Assembly: GCA_001742925.1 (NCBI GenBank)
Contig: DF977789.1
Location: forward strand, 186,001 to 250,000
Direction: 5' to 3'
Length of the DNA: 64,000 nt
Origin: Cladosiphon okamuranus
Lineage: Eukaryota
The position numbers and the translations under genes were made by a program. Of the stretch, positions 28,262 through 40,900 are shown one piece after another (the first letter of the stretch is position 1; every line of letters starts with the position of its first letter). The notes beneath the pieces were generated by a model. It did not search any database and was not told the DNA's origin. It worked only from the letters and a program-made list of their open reading frames with translations.

Positions 28262-31200
28262 TCACCAGGACAGCGCCTTCGACAAAGCCTTGAGCGCATA
28301 GGCCGCAGCCTTGGCACCCGGGTCGGGCACCCCGTTCAGTGATTCCGCGGAGACGTAGTTGGAGCGCCCCGCGAGAGCTTCCATGCCGCACGTTGCGTTC
28401 GCACCCTCTTCTGCCGCGGCCACGGCCTCCTCAAAGCCTGGTGGAAATAGGTCATGTGGTCGGGTGGGCTCAGCTCCAGCAGATTCGTTTGTATGTATGC
28501 ATGTTATTATGTATGTATGTATGCGAGCGTGGTTAGGGGAGGGGAGGGGACAGGACAGAATCTTGCAGAACTTCTTGTATTTGTCCTGGGCGCCAGCTAA
28601 GGGAAGGCGGATCTGAGAAACACGGCCGCTTAGGTATGCATCAGATATGCCGTACGGGCTGGGCCCTGACAAAAAACAAAATCCTCTCCGCATTTGTCGG
28701 CTAAATTAGTCAATTTCCGCTAACAAACAAGAACAGAGGCGCAACGTAACCCAAGCGAAACAACAACCTAAGTACCTGACGGTCCTTTCTCGCGGAGCAC
28801 GTCCGCGGCAGGCGCGATCGCGTCCAAGACTGTTCGCATCCCCGCCCTGGCACCTCCGTAGAACTCTACCCCTTCTACCCCTGCCACAAACGCTCGGCAC
28901 CATGCCTTCCCTCCGCCTTCTTCCAAAGCGGGGCTGGGCGAGGACAGAGCAGCGTCCCCGGCGCTAAAGAAAATTTGAAGCACGCCTCCTATCGTGCCCC
29001 CCATAGATTCGGCCACGCTGGTGGTGTGAGTATGCGCAACACAGATAGAGAGAGAAGGACGGGGCTGAGGAGAGGGAGAGGACAAACACGAAGACAATGC
29101 TCGGAAGGAACATTTCTGATCTAGCGTTTTTTGTCGTAGATTTGTACCAATAATAGGAAAGCCTTCGTTGAGGTCAAGGCGGCAGGCAAATACTGCTGTA
29201 GAGGATGCATGGGCTCCTCGCGCGGTCAAAACCAAAGCACGAGCTCACGCTGAGCGCGAGTGATGAGTCTCGGACCATTGCACTCTTACTCTAAGTGCGG
29301 TGCTCGCCTCAACACTCAATTGAGACCTTCGAGCCTATTGATACTGAGCATGCACGCCGTGCCCTACCTACCTGTCGGACAGAGCTCTCAAAAGCATACG
29401 CAGGTCCCCCTTCGGAAGGCGGCCAGCTTCGAGGTTGGCGAGCAGGGCCTCCGCGCCCCGCTTGAACGTCGTGCCGCAGTCGCCGTCCCCTGCGATGCAG
29501 TCCCACTTGGTCAACTCCTGCTCGGTTCGTTCATTTGTTCATTTGTTCAATTGTTCATTTGTTCGTTTCCCGGAAAAAGACAGCGTCAAGAGTTAGAGAA
29601 ACAACGACTGCATGAATAGCCAGTGTCATACTGTAGAAAACCGAATGGCACTTGCAGTGTAGATGCAGTGACCGTGGATAGGATTGGCATTTGCGCAGGC
29701 TTGAAGAAAGTGACGAGACGGGGGCGGAGCGAGAGGAACAGCTAAAACACCTGACGGCCATCTAGAAAAATTAACTTACTAACCCGACAGAGCAAAAGCA
29801 AGCGCACGTAATGTAGGGAGAAAAACGAGATGGAAATGGCGGGCCGGGCGCACAGCTTGTGCTCGCCTTAGGCGCGGACGGAAAGCGCCGGCAGAGAGGG
29901 GGCAGGCGCACCAGTTTCCTCGCCCAAAATGCCAAAATCATCACATGACGGAGTAGACCATTGTTTCTGAGAAAATGTCTTTCTTCTCCCAAACCCGTGA
30001 ATGGGGATGTGGGTGTAAAAGGAGACAAAAAACAGAATGCGACGGGCTGAATTTCGGGCAAACGACAGTGGCGAGAAAAACAACCACGTTCAGGTGGCAG
30101 ACCGCGGCCGCAAGAGGTCAAGCAGGAAGGGGGACAGGATAAAGCAAGAAGTGCATATTTCGTAGTATACGAGGGGTACCGTATACGAGGGGTACCGCAT
30201 AGAGCGCCCAGACGCTCGTGGCGTCCAGGTAGCGACAGGTTTGGGTAATGTATGTACAACACAGGCCCCTCTTCCTTTTCGCCACCCACCGGCTCTGACG
30301 CGATGAGAGCCGTCGCCACTGCCCTTACAGCCCTTTCCACAGTCCCCCACTCCCCGGGGGAACCGCCGCCACCTTCGGTCTGAAGTGTGGAAGAAGCGCT
30401 AGCTCCCGCAGCAGACGAAGGCGTGGAAGGTTGGGAGGCGTAAGGAGGCAGCTCGTGGGGCGGGCGCTTTGAGCGCGTGCCGTGAGCGTCGCGCCAGCCA
30501 GGGGTGTCAGTAGGGGCGTCCAGCCTGTGAGTGTTTGGTTGTGCGATGTTGGAGGTCGTGGCGGGATGGTTGCGGTTGAGGCGGGGACCGTTGCGTCAGC
30601 GGAGGCGCTGGAATACAGCTTCGGTAGACGAAACAAAAAACAAGGTGTGGCGATTGAGGACACAGGAAGAAGGCCGACAAGACGGGAGCAAAGAAAGCAT
30701 GACACGAGGCATCCCGCACATCCTTCAGTCTGAAGAAACGACGCTTTCGCGCGCGAACAGATATGAATGCACCTACCGCGCCAACATGAGGGCGTCAACT
30801 CTCATCACGGAAACAGAGGCCCCGGCCATGTTCAAAGACGTCATGAAGGGGCCGCAGAACACCCTTTCCACCCTCGCGCCCCTCCCCTTGAGGTTGGACG
30901 CCGCGCGACGGGCAATGAGCAGGAGCTCCATCGGGGGCGTGGCCCCCAGGGAATTGACAAGAACGGCGACGCGCTGATCCGGGGACACGGGCAGGTAGTC
31001 TTGGCCACCTGGATTTAGGGTTGGAAAAAAAAAACTTTCAGCGAGTCCGCTTGGTATTGCGTGCCACTTTTGTGGGGCCCGTGCGTGGCGAGGCCACTGC
31101 GCTCCGAAACAAAGTCTCTCCGTGCAACGGCAGTGGTTCGATTTTTCCACCGCAAGAGAGCGTGTGTGAGGAAACATCGTGGCGCGTGCTCTAGAATGGC

Positions 31201-33841
31201 GCGGTCCCGTCCGCATCGAGCGAAAAAAGTAAAGGAAAAGTTTCTGGTGGCACGCGCGTCTGGCGCCTTCTCGTTCGCCCACCTTCGCTCTCGGCGTCCA
31301 CGATCGCCGACATCATGGCGTCAGTCAGCTCGTCGGCGGTCTGCAGGCCTGTCTGCTTTATACCCGCTTCGCCGTGGATCCCGAGACCGATCTATTTCCC
31401 CCCGATGATCCGCCGCACCCAACAAACGCGTAGTAAGAATATATTTTGTTTTTTTGGAACGCTTGCATGCACACAATAGATCAGGCCGTGCTGGTCCCGT
31501 GGGTTGCTCCAAACTAGCACCAGAATCTACACCGAAATACCTGCATTGGAGCAAAGCGACAACAACATTCGCGTAAACCCCGATGGCAAAGCGCCAAGAT
31601 CTTGAGAGTGTTTGGTGCGGGTTCAAAACACACCAATAAACGAAACGAACATGAAGGGTCTCGTCAATGGGAAAAACACCTGGCACGACAGGACATGCGT
31701 AGCCCGAACCACTAACAGAAAGCCCTGCCAACTCAAGAAAACGTGGAGCAGGCGGAAAAACCCAAAACTCCAAAATACAAAGTCGTGAAAGACCGATGTT
31801 GTACCGCTAGGTGGTGCTCGGCGGGCGTGCCTTCGCTTGAACACCGTCCACTACCCCGTACCTCGATAGTGGCCGCATCCAGGCGCGAAGAAGGTTCCTG
31901 GCCCGGGAGTGTGCACGTGGTAAGAGCGACGCCTAGCGTGCCGACATTTTGCGAGGCCGCTTCAGTCTCGGCTACTACCTGGCGTGGCCGGGACCAACAG
32001 CAACAGTTGGAAAAAAGGGGGAACCAAACACATTGTTACGGAACAGGCGAAATGAGTATCCGTGCTTCAATCGCGGGGGAACCCGTATCTCTATCTTGTT
32101 TTGACCGCACGCTTCAAACTAGTCGAACAAGTGTTGCCACCACTGAGAACGAGTCGCTAGCGGATCGATGCTACGTGTCTTCCGTGTGGACAGAATACAA
32201 TTCTCCGCACTACCTTAGTAGCGTGTCTCTTACAAAAAGACGACGACAACCACGTAACACCCCTGAGGTGAAAAGCTCGAGACGCTCGCAGCGTCAGAAG
32301 CAGCAAAGTGGGACCACATAGGCGCACCTCTTCGAGTGACAGCCCCGCTTCTGCGGCCGCTCCCGCCACCTTGGCGACGAGGACCGTGCCCGCAACGCCC
32401 CTTCGCCCCGTTATACCCTTGTCCCGGGGGAGAGCACAATCGTCTGCGACCACGCACATGCGGACCTGAGAGGGACGAAACCGGAAGCGACGGAGCAGGT
32501 CATCCAACAGCAACGGTGGCAAAACCCGGTGCCATAGAGCAACACATGTAGATACAAAAGTGCATACAATACACGTAACCCATCAAGGGATCGCATGTGG
32601 AGACACACGGGGCCTGGGGTTCACGAATGGGTTGAAGCTTACGTTTAGGCCTTCTGCCTTCGCGCGCTCCACCGCCATCCCAAAGTTCAGCCTGTTTCAC
32701 GCGGGCAAGACAGCAGGAGCGAGGGGTCAGGACGATGTCTTGTAAACCCGGTTTTCGCCTGCTGGGGTAGACAGTCGAGTCCGTTTTTCTTTCGATCGGG
32801 ATTAGCCATTGCGGCGTGCGCGCGGCGAACGGGTTTACGCTAAGAAACATCTTTCCAGACCTGTTAGTGCGCCTTGCTGAAACTGTGGTCAGCAATCACA
32901 TTGTCATGTACCAGGACACGAAAAAACAAGACCGGTTCAGTGATGAAGACCGCCGACCGAGCAGTTCGACTCAGACCCCACCTGTCCCCGGTATAGTTCA
33001 TCACCAGCACCAAGCAACCGAGCGGTCCGCAGGCAGCTCGGATGGCCTCGAGCACCGCCGAAGCGGCCGGTGACGCGAAGACGCCCCCGCAGACGGCCGC
33101 CGTCAACATACCCTCGCCGACGTACCCGGCGAAGGCAGGCTCGTGGCCACTCCCGCCCCCGGAGATCAGGGTCACCTGCCTGTGCGTTGGATGGGTCAGG
33201 TTTTTCATCACAAGAAACGTTGTAGAGGGAAAAGATGGGGTCATCACCTGCTTGTCGTGAGGTCGTTCGCGTGATTCGATGGGGACGAGTTGTCCGGGTT
33301 TTGCTGCTGCCTGTGGCCGTGCGTTAGTAAGATATCATGAAACGCTTTCACCAGAGGCGCCGGGTGAAGTCTCTCAAGACAGACTACTTGATTCTGGAGC
33401 CTACATGATATTCGAGGCATGTGGTGGGAGAGGGCGGTGACACGGAAACTCCATTGCCAAACGGCACCCCTGCCCGAAGAAGCAAGGCATAGGAAACGGC
33501 AGCAGTGATGCGCGCGTGCTATTTTCTGTTTTCAACACACGTGCTTGGGTTTAGGAAGGACTACCAAGAAAACGTGCCATCCCTTCAACCTGCCGGGAGA
33601 GGGAGGGTGTGTGCGCTGGAAACGTACTGCGAAAGCAATAACAAGCGAGGCGAGACCGCCTCAATCATCATAGACCACCCAGAAGGGCATCAACCAATAC
33701 ACGGAAGTGGAAGAGAGTTCTGCTGCCCCCTCAAATGGAAATACTTGTTGCAAGAAGGGCGAAAAAAACTGGTGCATCGAGTCAAGCCCGCACACGTCGC
33801 TGAAAGAAAAGAAAATACAGCACTGCCAGGTAAATCGCAAA

Positions 33842-33872
<31 letters not shown>

Positions 33873-34769
33873 AGGAGAGATCATACCTTTGTTTTACCGT
33901 AGCCGTATCGGCGCGCAGCACCACGTCGTGGTCCGGCAACTTGGACAACCTCCCGGGGTTGCAGACGTTCACCAAGCTCTGCGTGTGACACGCATGTATG
34001 ATGAAAAGCGGGTCACACCAATCTATCGCGTTCGAGCCCATTCAATATCGAAGGAAGGCAAGAGACGGGGGCATTCCTACTATGTAACCTCGCACGCCAT
34101 TCACTTACCACTCTGTGCGTTTCCTGTTCGATTGAGAAAGGGGCACATGCATTTCAGTACCCAAAGCGGATTGCTGTATAGGATGGAAACGCTTCCCAAA
34201 CTCAACGAAGATAAACAAGAGTGCAGTCGTTTCTCTTGACCGACTCACGAGTAATGTGGACAAGCCGTTTGTCGATTCCATCACAAATGACTATTCAAAC
34301 CCTTTGCTCTTGCTCCGTGTGATCTAATGGATACCGAATCAAACGAGCAGTGTAGACTACGAATAGCTAACTACAAACGATACATGAAGCCCGAAACATG
34401 TGTGTCGCGTAAAATATTAACAACATACGTAGAAGGAGTGAATCTACGGAGATTTCTGGTGAGACTTGACTCGCGAAAATTGTTTGCAGCGGCTCGACAT
34501 GTATCTCGCATTGCCGTCGGCACGATCGGCTCATGCGCCGGTACGTGTTCCATCGGATATAGACTCGTCTGCAGTTGCCTGGAAAACCCACATCTTATCG
34601 TGGATCTGACTGCCTGGAAAACACTCCGCACAGGAAGCAAGTGTTGTTGCATTCAGCTTGTTATGGACCAAAAGACAAAAACCACACCTACCTCGAGCAT
34701 CTCCTGGACAACACGGTCTGGGTCATTGATGAACTTCTTGGATACGACCGATCCCGTTTTCTTGGACAT
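28262..34769 (-). CDS. DAK: Dihydroxyacetone kinase / triokinase-FMN cyclase (fused DhaK-DhaL)
   Basis: Exon 1 is 34769-34692 ([26 protein letters not shown]). Later exons carry [33 protein letters not shown] and MNYTGDR (~33180-32982), [10 protein letters not shown] (~32690), VVADDCA...GRRGVAGTV (~32466-32328), [10 protein letters not shown] (~31392-31283), [10 protein letters not shown]...FMTSLNMAG (~31007-30776), [11 protein letters not shown] (~29518-29403), GMRTVLDA (~29018-28776) and GRSNYV...PDPGA (~28438-28262). Confidence 0.95.
33842..33868. repeat. (CA)n microsatellite in a DAK intron
   Basis: Directly visible. Confidence 0.9.
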
Positions 34770-34982
34770 GTTTGGAGTCTTGCTCGTTGATGGTTAGGAG
34801 CGTGGGACTGGGGAGAGGGGCGGAAGTGAGCAGCTCGACAGCTACAGAGACGACCCCACTCGTCTCTTTGCGATCCGCCGGCGCCCCGTTCTGACGGCAC
34901 CAAGCAACTGCCTCACACTGGCCACCAGCCGGCACGCAGCAGCTCTGAACCTCTGCAGCTTCCACGCCTGCCTTTAGAGAAC
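34770..34982. promoter_or_regulatory. Candidate bidirectional promoter between DAK and CCD copy 1
   Basis: Only 213 nt separate the two divergent predicted start codons. No specific promoter motif identified. Confidence 0.5.
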
Positions 34983-37900
34983 ATGAACAAGGTGTTGAAG
35001 CTCGCCTTCAAGCCTGTGGATTACATGCTAAACTGGCCCGTGAGTGTGCATGGATACACGCGTGGACATGAAATTTCGCGGATGATCCTGTTAGACTTGT
35101 GCATGACTTCACGCCGATGAGCAAAAAAGATCAAGAAAAGAGAGGTTGCGGGAAGTTTGTTGTTCGTTGGCGTCACAAGGCGATTCGTCTTCGCCCCCCC
35201 TCCCACTTGGAAGCCGTCGCGAATTGGTCGGAGAGCATAGCCAGGCCCCTGAGCATGAAGCATGAACCGAGCATGTCATGTGCGGTCCAGGTTCCCTTCG
35301 ACGCAGGTTTATATTTTGCTTGTGTAAACAATCTCGGGTGGCGTGACGTGTTATGACAGAGGGCAATGAACTCGACCAGACAAATTCACTTAGGTGGGAC
35401 AAAACTCCGTTTCCGAGCGTGGCACGGCGGCGCGACATCCATAGGGGTAATGAATAACCGCGATATCGGCTCATTTTACGTGCTACTGCGGGTATACCCA
35501 TCCGTTCGCTTCGACCCCACACCGGCAGTAGTCACATGATCTCAAGAAGGGGTTTCTACCCCAGCGGTTCGTTAGTTTCTCGGTGTTCGCCGTCTCCGCG
35601 AAAATTGAAATTGAAATTTGCTGTTGCGGGCAAGATCGCCGTGTTGTATCGTATGTACATTACAAAATTGCTGTTTTGTCCGAGGTGTATTGTGTTGTCC
35701 AAAACCGCTCCTCGTGTCCATCCCACTAAAAAATCATTCAGACTTTGATGTATGAATTTCATTTCCATCCTGATGAATATCCTTTGTTTGTTTTTTCATG
35801 ACAGTTGAAAAACAACGAGTTCCTGCAGGGAGCTTATGCCCCTGTACAAGAAGAATTCACCGCCCAGGAGTGCGAGGTCGTGGGGGAGGTCCCAGAAGCC
35901 GTGTTCGGAGAGTTCGCCCGCAATGGGCCGAACCCGCGTCTGCCACCCACGGGCGGATACCATTGGTGAGTTGAGATACAAGCCCGCCTAAGCCCCGCCC
36001 ATCCATAACGAAAACGCTTACTCCAATTGCTATACTCAATCAGATGCAAGGTCGTGTTATCAAGTAAGTTAGGCTGCTATATAGCATCTATACTCAATCA
36101 GATTCAAGGTCGTGTTATCAAGTATGTAAGTTAGGCTGCTCTTCTCATCGCGTCCTGTAGAGACAGCTAGTCTAAGCTCCGCTTCAGATCTCCGGTAAGA
36201 CTACTGCAGAAGTGAGGTGAAAAAAAGAGGCGAACACCGGTCCACTATTGACTTTTGTTTGGTGCGCTAACGGAGATGGGGGCAGATTTTCGAGCTCCGA
36301 ATGACCACGTTCCGACCGAGCGGCTGCAAGATGGCTACTTACATTCCATGCATCTCCCGTGTAGCAAATGACGCGAGCCAACAAAATCATAAAATTGATC
36401 AGCTTTTTTCCGGCCCAGCAGCCGTGGTTGAAGTATTGTTCGCTTTGAATCCAGACGGGTTGAAGTTGTTTTATAAACAGTTCTTTCTTGGTTTGTGGGA
36501 GGACATACCGTGCTACAGGCACTCAACTCGATCCTCATTTCCCCCGCGTGTGCCGCAACCTTGTAACATGTGAAAATTGCTGCTGTTTTTTGTTTCGTGA
36601 TGGACGTCAGGTTCGACGGTGACGGCATGGTGAGTTGACTTGTCCATAGTTCGCCCTAAGATAGCGCCACGTTGCCGAAAAGTAGGCAACTCGATGTGAA
36701 GCTTGGTGTGATGTGATGGGAAGTGAGTTAGGGACAAGGTTATGGAGTATGAAGATGAGGGTTGGTAGGGCTTTGAGAAGGTGGGCCGGGGCATGCTTGT
36801 GCTGAGGGCGCCGAATGGATTTATGTGGTTGTTTCCATCGGTGGACTGATTTGTCCTGGTCTCCGAGCGGCATTCAAGTCAAAGTGCAGGCAGCCCTCAC
36901 AATCGCGCTGAACATCCTTCTTTATGATGAAGCCTGATACAAGCAAATGTTCCTCGTTCATGTTCGTGTTTTACATCAAGGGTTCAAATCTCTTTGTCCT
37001 TTTTGAAAGCTTGACTACTGATTAATGTTTTGTGTCATCTCCGGGTACCTTTGGCCTTGATTCTTGGCCGAACCGAGATTTGCGCTGGTCTGGCGTTGAG
37101 GGCGAAAAAAAATCGAAAGATGGCCTCTTACGTGTTGCCCGGCTTGTCTCTGTTCCGAAGACATGGTCCCATAAGTGGCCAAGATTGACTCAATTTCGAT
37201 CGATCCATCGAGCAATCAGAGGTTGGTGACACGTGCTGCGAAGTTGTGTGTCGCGAGGAGTTGTGTGGATTGGATTCCGAAGCTGAGGTTTTGTGGCCTG
37301 ACATGATATGATGTGATATGATATGATAGATAGGCCGTCCACGTTCCGGTCGCCTTGCAGGTCCACGCTGTCCGCCTTAAGTCGTCCGATTCGGCGATGT
37401 ACACGAACCGCTACACCAAAACCAACATGCTCAAGGCGACTGAGCAGACGGGCGAACCCGTCGGAATGAAGTGAGTGAGACAATAGTGTGACGCCAACAA
37501 CCAGCAGACCTTCTAGTGTGCTTGGTCATTGAAAATTCCATTTAGTCGGGCGTTTTTGTGATTGTAAAGAGTGTACAATGCGAAGGTGCTCCCACCACAT
37601 ACTGATTTGATCCTCGTACATCCTTTCCTTGAGTACATACCCTCCGTCTTCCGCGACTCGGATTCAAAACTGCCCATGCAAGACATGTTGCTCATGAACG
37701 TATCTCAACCTGACGAGTCTCTGGTTTCTATTCCTTTGCTTGCTTGGTCGCCTCTTGCGTGCATTCATTGACGCATGTCGCACGATCGTGCGCACGAAAA
37801 ACGACAGAATTGGCGACTTGGCGTCCCGGCTGTTCATTCCAAAGATGATGATGTACAACCTCAAGGCGAAGCTCGGAGTCACTCCTAACTTCAGCGGAAT

Positions 37901-40900
37901 GCACGAGTCCACCGCAAACACGTCCCTCGTGTATCATGCAGGTGAATGAACAGGCGTGCTTTTACTACTGTACCGTATCCTGCAACCGATGCGGATGCTT
38001 TTTCCATGCCATGGAGAATTTTCCGTGGGCGCTTTTTGATACTTCCTGATGTGGTGGTTGCGGGGATGTTTTTGTGTGCCTTTCTGTAGCTGTTGGAGAT
38101 TATTGTTGAGGGAAAGGGCAGAGCCTATTGGTACCGCCAGTCCTACTCGGGCCATGACCCCCCACGTGCTGCCTCTCTCTGATAAACACACACACACACA
38201 CGTAAACACATAAAAGTTGGGGTTGGTTGCTGAAAGAGTTGCCTGCATCTCTCAAATCCAGTGCTCCTCCGGTAATAGAAATGGACTATAATAATCAACC
38301 GTAATTTTACTCTCAAACGACAAACAACCCCTCAAACCAACGAAATCATAGGACGCTTGCTGGCGCTCGCCGAGGGTGGGCTTCCGTACGCCCTGCGCGT
38401 CATGTGCGAAGGAGTCATCGAGACAATCGGAAAGCTGTCGTTCGAAGGAAAGATGGACACGGCCTTTACGGCCCACCCCAAGCTGCATGTCTCTTCGGGA
38501 AAGCTCTATGGCTTCGGCTTCTCGGTGAGGTTGATCTAGTGTGTTCTTGGTTGTAAACCAGGTACCATCATGTGAACAAAACTATGGGCCATCGCCCCCC
38601 TTTGTTTGGAGGAGGATACTTGGAAGAATCCGTTCCTGACACCGCTCAAAGAGGAGGAAATATTGCTTTCACCGCAAGTGGACTGCAGAGCGGGCTTGTG
38701 GCGTGCAACAATGCTGGCATGGGATCAAACCGAACCGTCGGTGTACTTAATCTACCGTCGATTCCATCCCACGTGACGGAGAAGCTGATGTGCTCTTCTT
38801 GCGCTACCCTGGCGCCAAAGCCCAAGCCTATGTATCCGATGCGTGTGTATCCGATGCGGGGAGGTATTATATCCGGAGCGTTTAGACTCAGGTTACGATA
38901 CCAAAATATATGGAATGTGTGTAAGTATTATACATAGTGCAAGGTCCCCTGTTCCGGCATGTAGGCCCACCTATGCATCCCGGGGGTGACTTAACTCGCA
39001 AAAACACCTCAACTGCCGTGCCGCCGCTTTTTTAGAGGCAGGCAATTACTATCGCGCGCAGTTTATTTGTTTCCTTTGACTGATTGGGGGAAATGCGCGT
39101 TTTGTATCTTTCTCAAAGAGAATTCGCGCACAGATACACGTGCGTGTGTCGTGCGGCATCGCGCGAGGGTATGCATGCGCTCGTAGCGCGCGACAGCCAG
39201 CCGCGTTGAAGATGGTCTGTTTTAAGTATTTATTGCGTTCGAGGCCCAGTGCCAGCGACCTTGTCAGCTGTCAGCGGCCATCACGCGCACCATGTCTCGC
39301 GAGCCCCACACGCAACGTTGACGGGTAACGCACTGACGGGTCCACGGAGTGCCATGTTGACATATGTATGCAGGCACCCCTTTTTTCTTCGGCACGACAC
39401 GCGTACGTTGAGCTGTGCTGTGTTTCGCTGTCACGTTTGATTGTCCTTCTGTGCGTACCAGCTGGAGAGCAAGCCGTACGTGACGATGTACGTGGTGGAC
39501 GCAGAGGGCAAGCTCGAGCGCCAGGTAAAAGGAAAAGAAAAAGGAAAAGAAACCAGAAAGCAATCCAAAACCGGAACTGTGACCTACTACGTGCGATGCC
39601 ACCGTTTACGTTTTCCTCGGGCGTTCTTGTCTTGCCAGCAGTGAGGCAAGTGCTAATGCTTTGTCTCTCTTTGTTGTTGGGTGCTTCGGTGCACCGATAT
39701 CATTCTTGTCGAGTCCACACGGTAATAAAGATTGCTGTTACGACTTGACATACGTGTCCATCAGCCCCTCCTGGTCCATCTCAAACTGACCAAGTTTGTC
39801 CAACCTTGCACACGATATGATACGTTCGGTGGTGCGTCTATTGCCCTCTTCACGTACAATGCCACCGGTGTCGTCGAAACTCATCTTATCGCTCGGCTTG
39901 TCCAAAGTTTATTTCTCGACGATGTTGATCGGGACAAAAGAATGTGTGACGACTGCAGTTGAATGAAAATACGCCTTCGTACGCCTTGGAAGGTTTCCGC
40001 CCTGGCTTGAATGCTCTCATTTGTCTTGTTCGATTCAAGTTTCCCATCAACGTGGAGAGGGCCATCCTCATGCACGACTTCGCCATCACGGAGAATTACG
40101 CCGTATTCCTCGACCTGCCGCTGGTGATGAAGCCGGAGAACTTTTTGAACAGTAAATCCCCCATCGTTTTCGATGATAAGCTGTACGCCAGGTGATGTGG
40201 TGTGATGTGATGTGATGTGATGTGATGTGATGTGGCCAATGGCGAAACAGCTACTGTAGCTCGAGCTCCTAGCCGCATCTCTGAATACTGCTACAGCGAT
40301 GTCAATGATGTCATTTTTGGCCTTTTTTTTTCCCATCTCATCTGCTCCAGGCCCCCATGCCGCTCCCTGGCGCATGTTTGGATCCGATTTAGTCGAGCAT
40401 GAAGTAGCTTCGCCGTTGATGTTGCTGACCCTGACCCTGCGGCATCTGTCGACGCGTTGACGCGAAGTAGATTCGTCTAACATCGTTGCACTATATAGTT
40501 TCCACCCCGCCGTGCGGTATCTCATTCCTCCCTTATTGTCGGCTGTGGTTATCACGTTGGAACAGGATCGGAGTCCTATCCCTCGACGCCACTGACGATT
40601 CGTCCATCCGCTGGTTCGACATGCCAGAGGCAAGGAAATTTATTGGATGGTATGCTAGCATCGCGTTGCTTGGTCATCGAAGTTGTTTCTTTCTTGTGTA
40701 CCAACACCCGTGGCAAAGACTACCAGTACAGGTTTATGTTTGCATCTTCATCGAGTGTGTCAGGTTTTTCCCCAATCTACAACGAAGCAAATCATTCACA
40801 CCCACCATACCTGTTATGCTCGTGTTATCGCTGACCACTGCACACCTTTGGGGCACCCACCCAAGAGCAGGCATTCTTCGCCTTCCACGTGCTCAACGCG

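Noticed and set aside
33505..34239. 244-aa plus-strand ORF
   Set aside because: It is antisense to DAK introns and exon 2, runs through a CA microsatellite and has no recognisable motif.
35170..35230. Conserved block in CCD intron 1 as a possible extra exon (DDSSSPPLPLGSRREL in copy 2)
   Set aside because: The corresponding acceptor AG is not conserved in copy 1, and exons 1 and 2 already join in phase.
36030..36140. Direct repeats as a possible CRISPR array or LTR
   Set aside because: Only two adjacent copies with no unique spacers; a simple local duplication in a eukaryotic intron.
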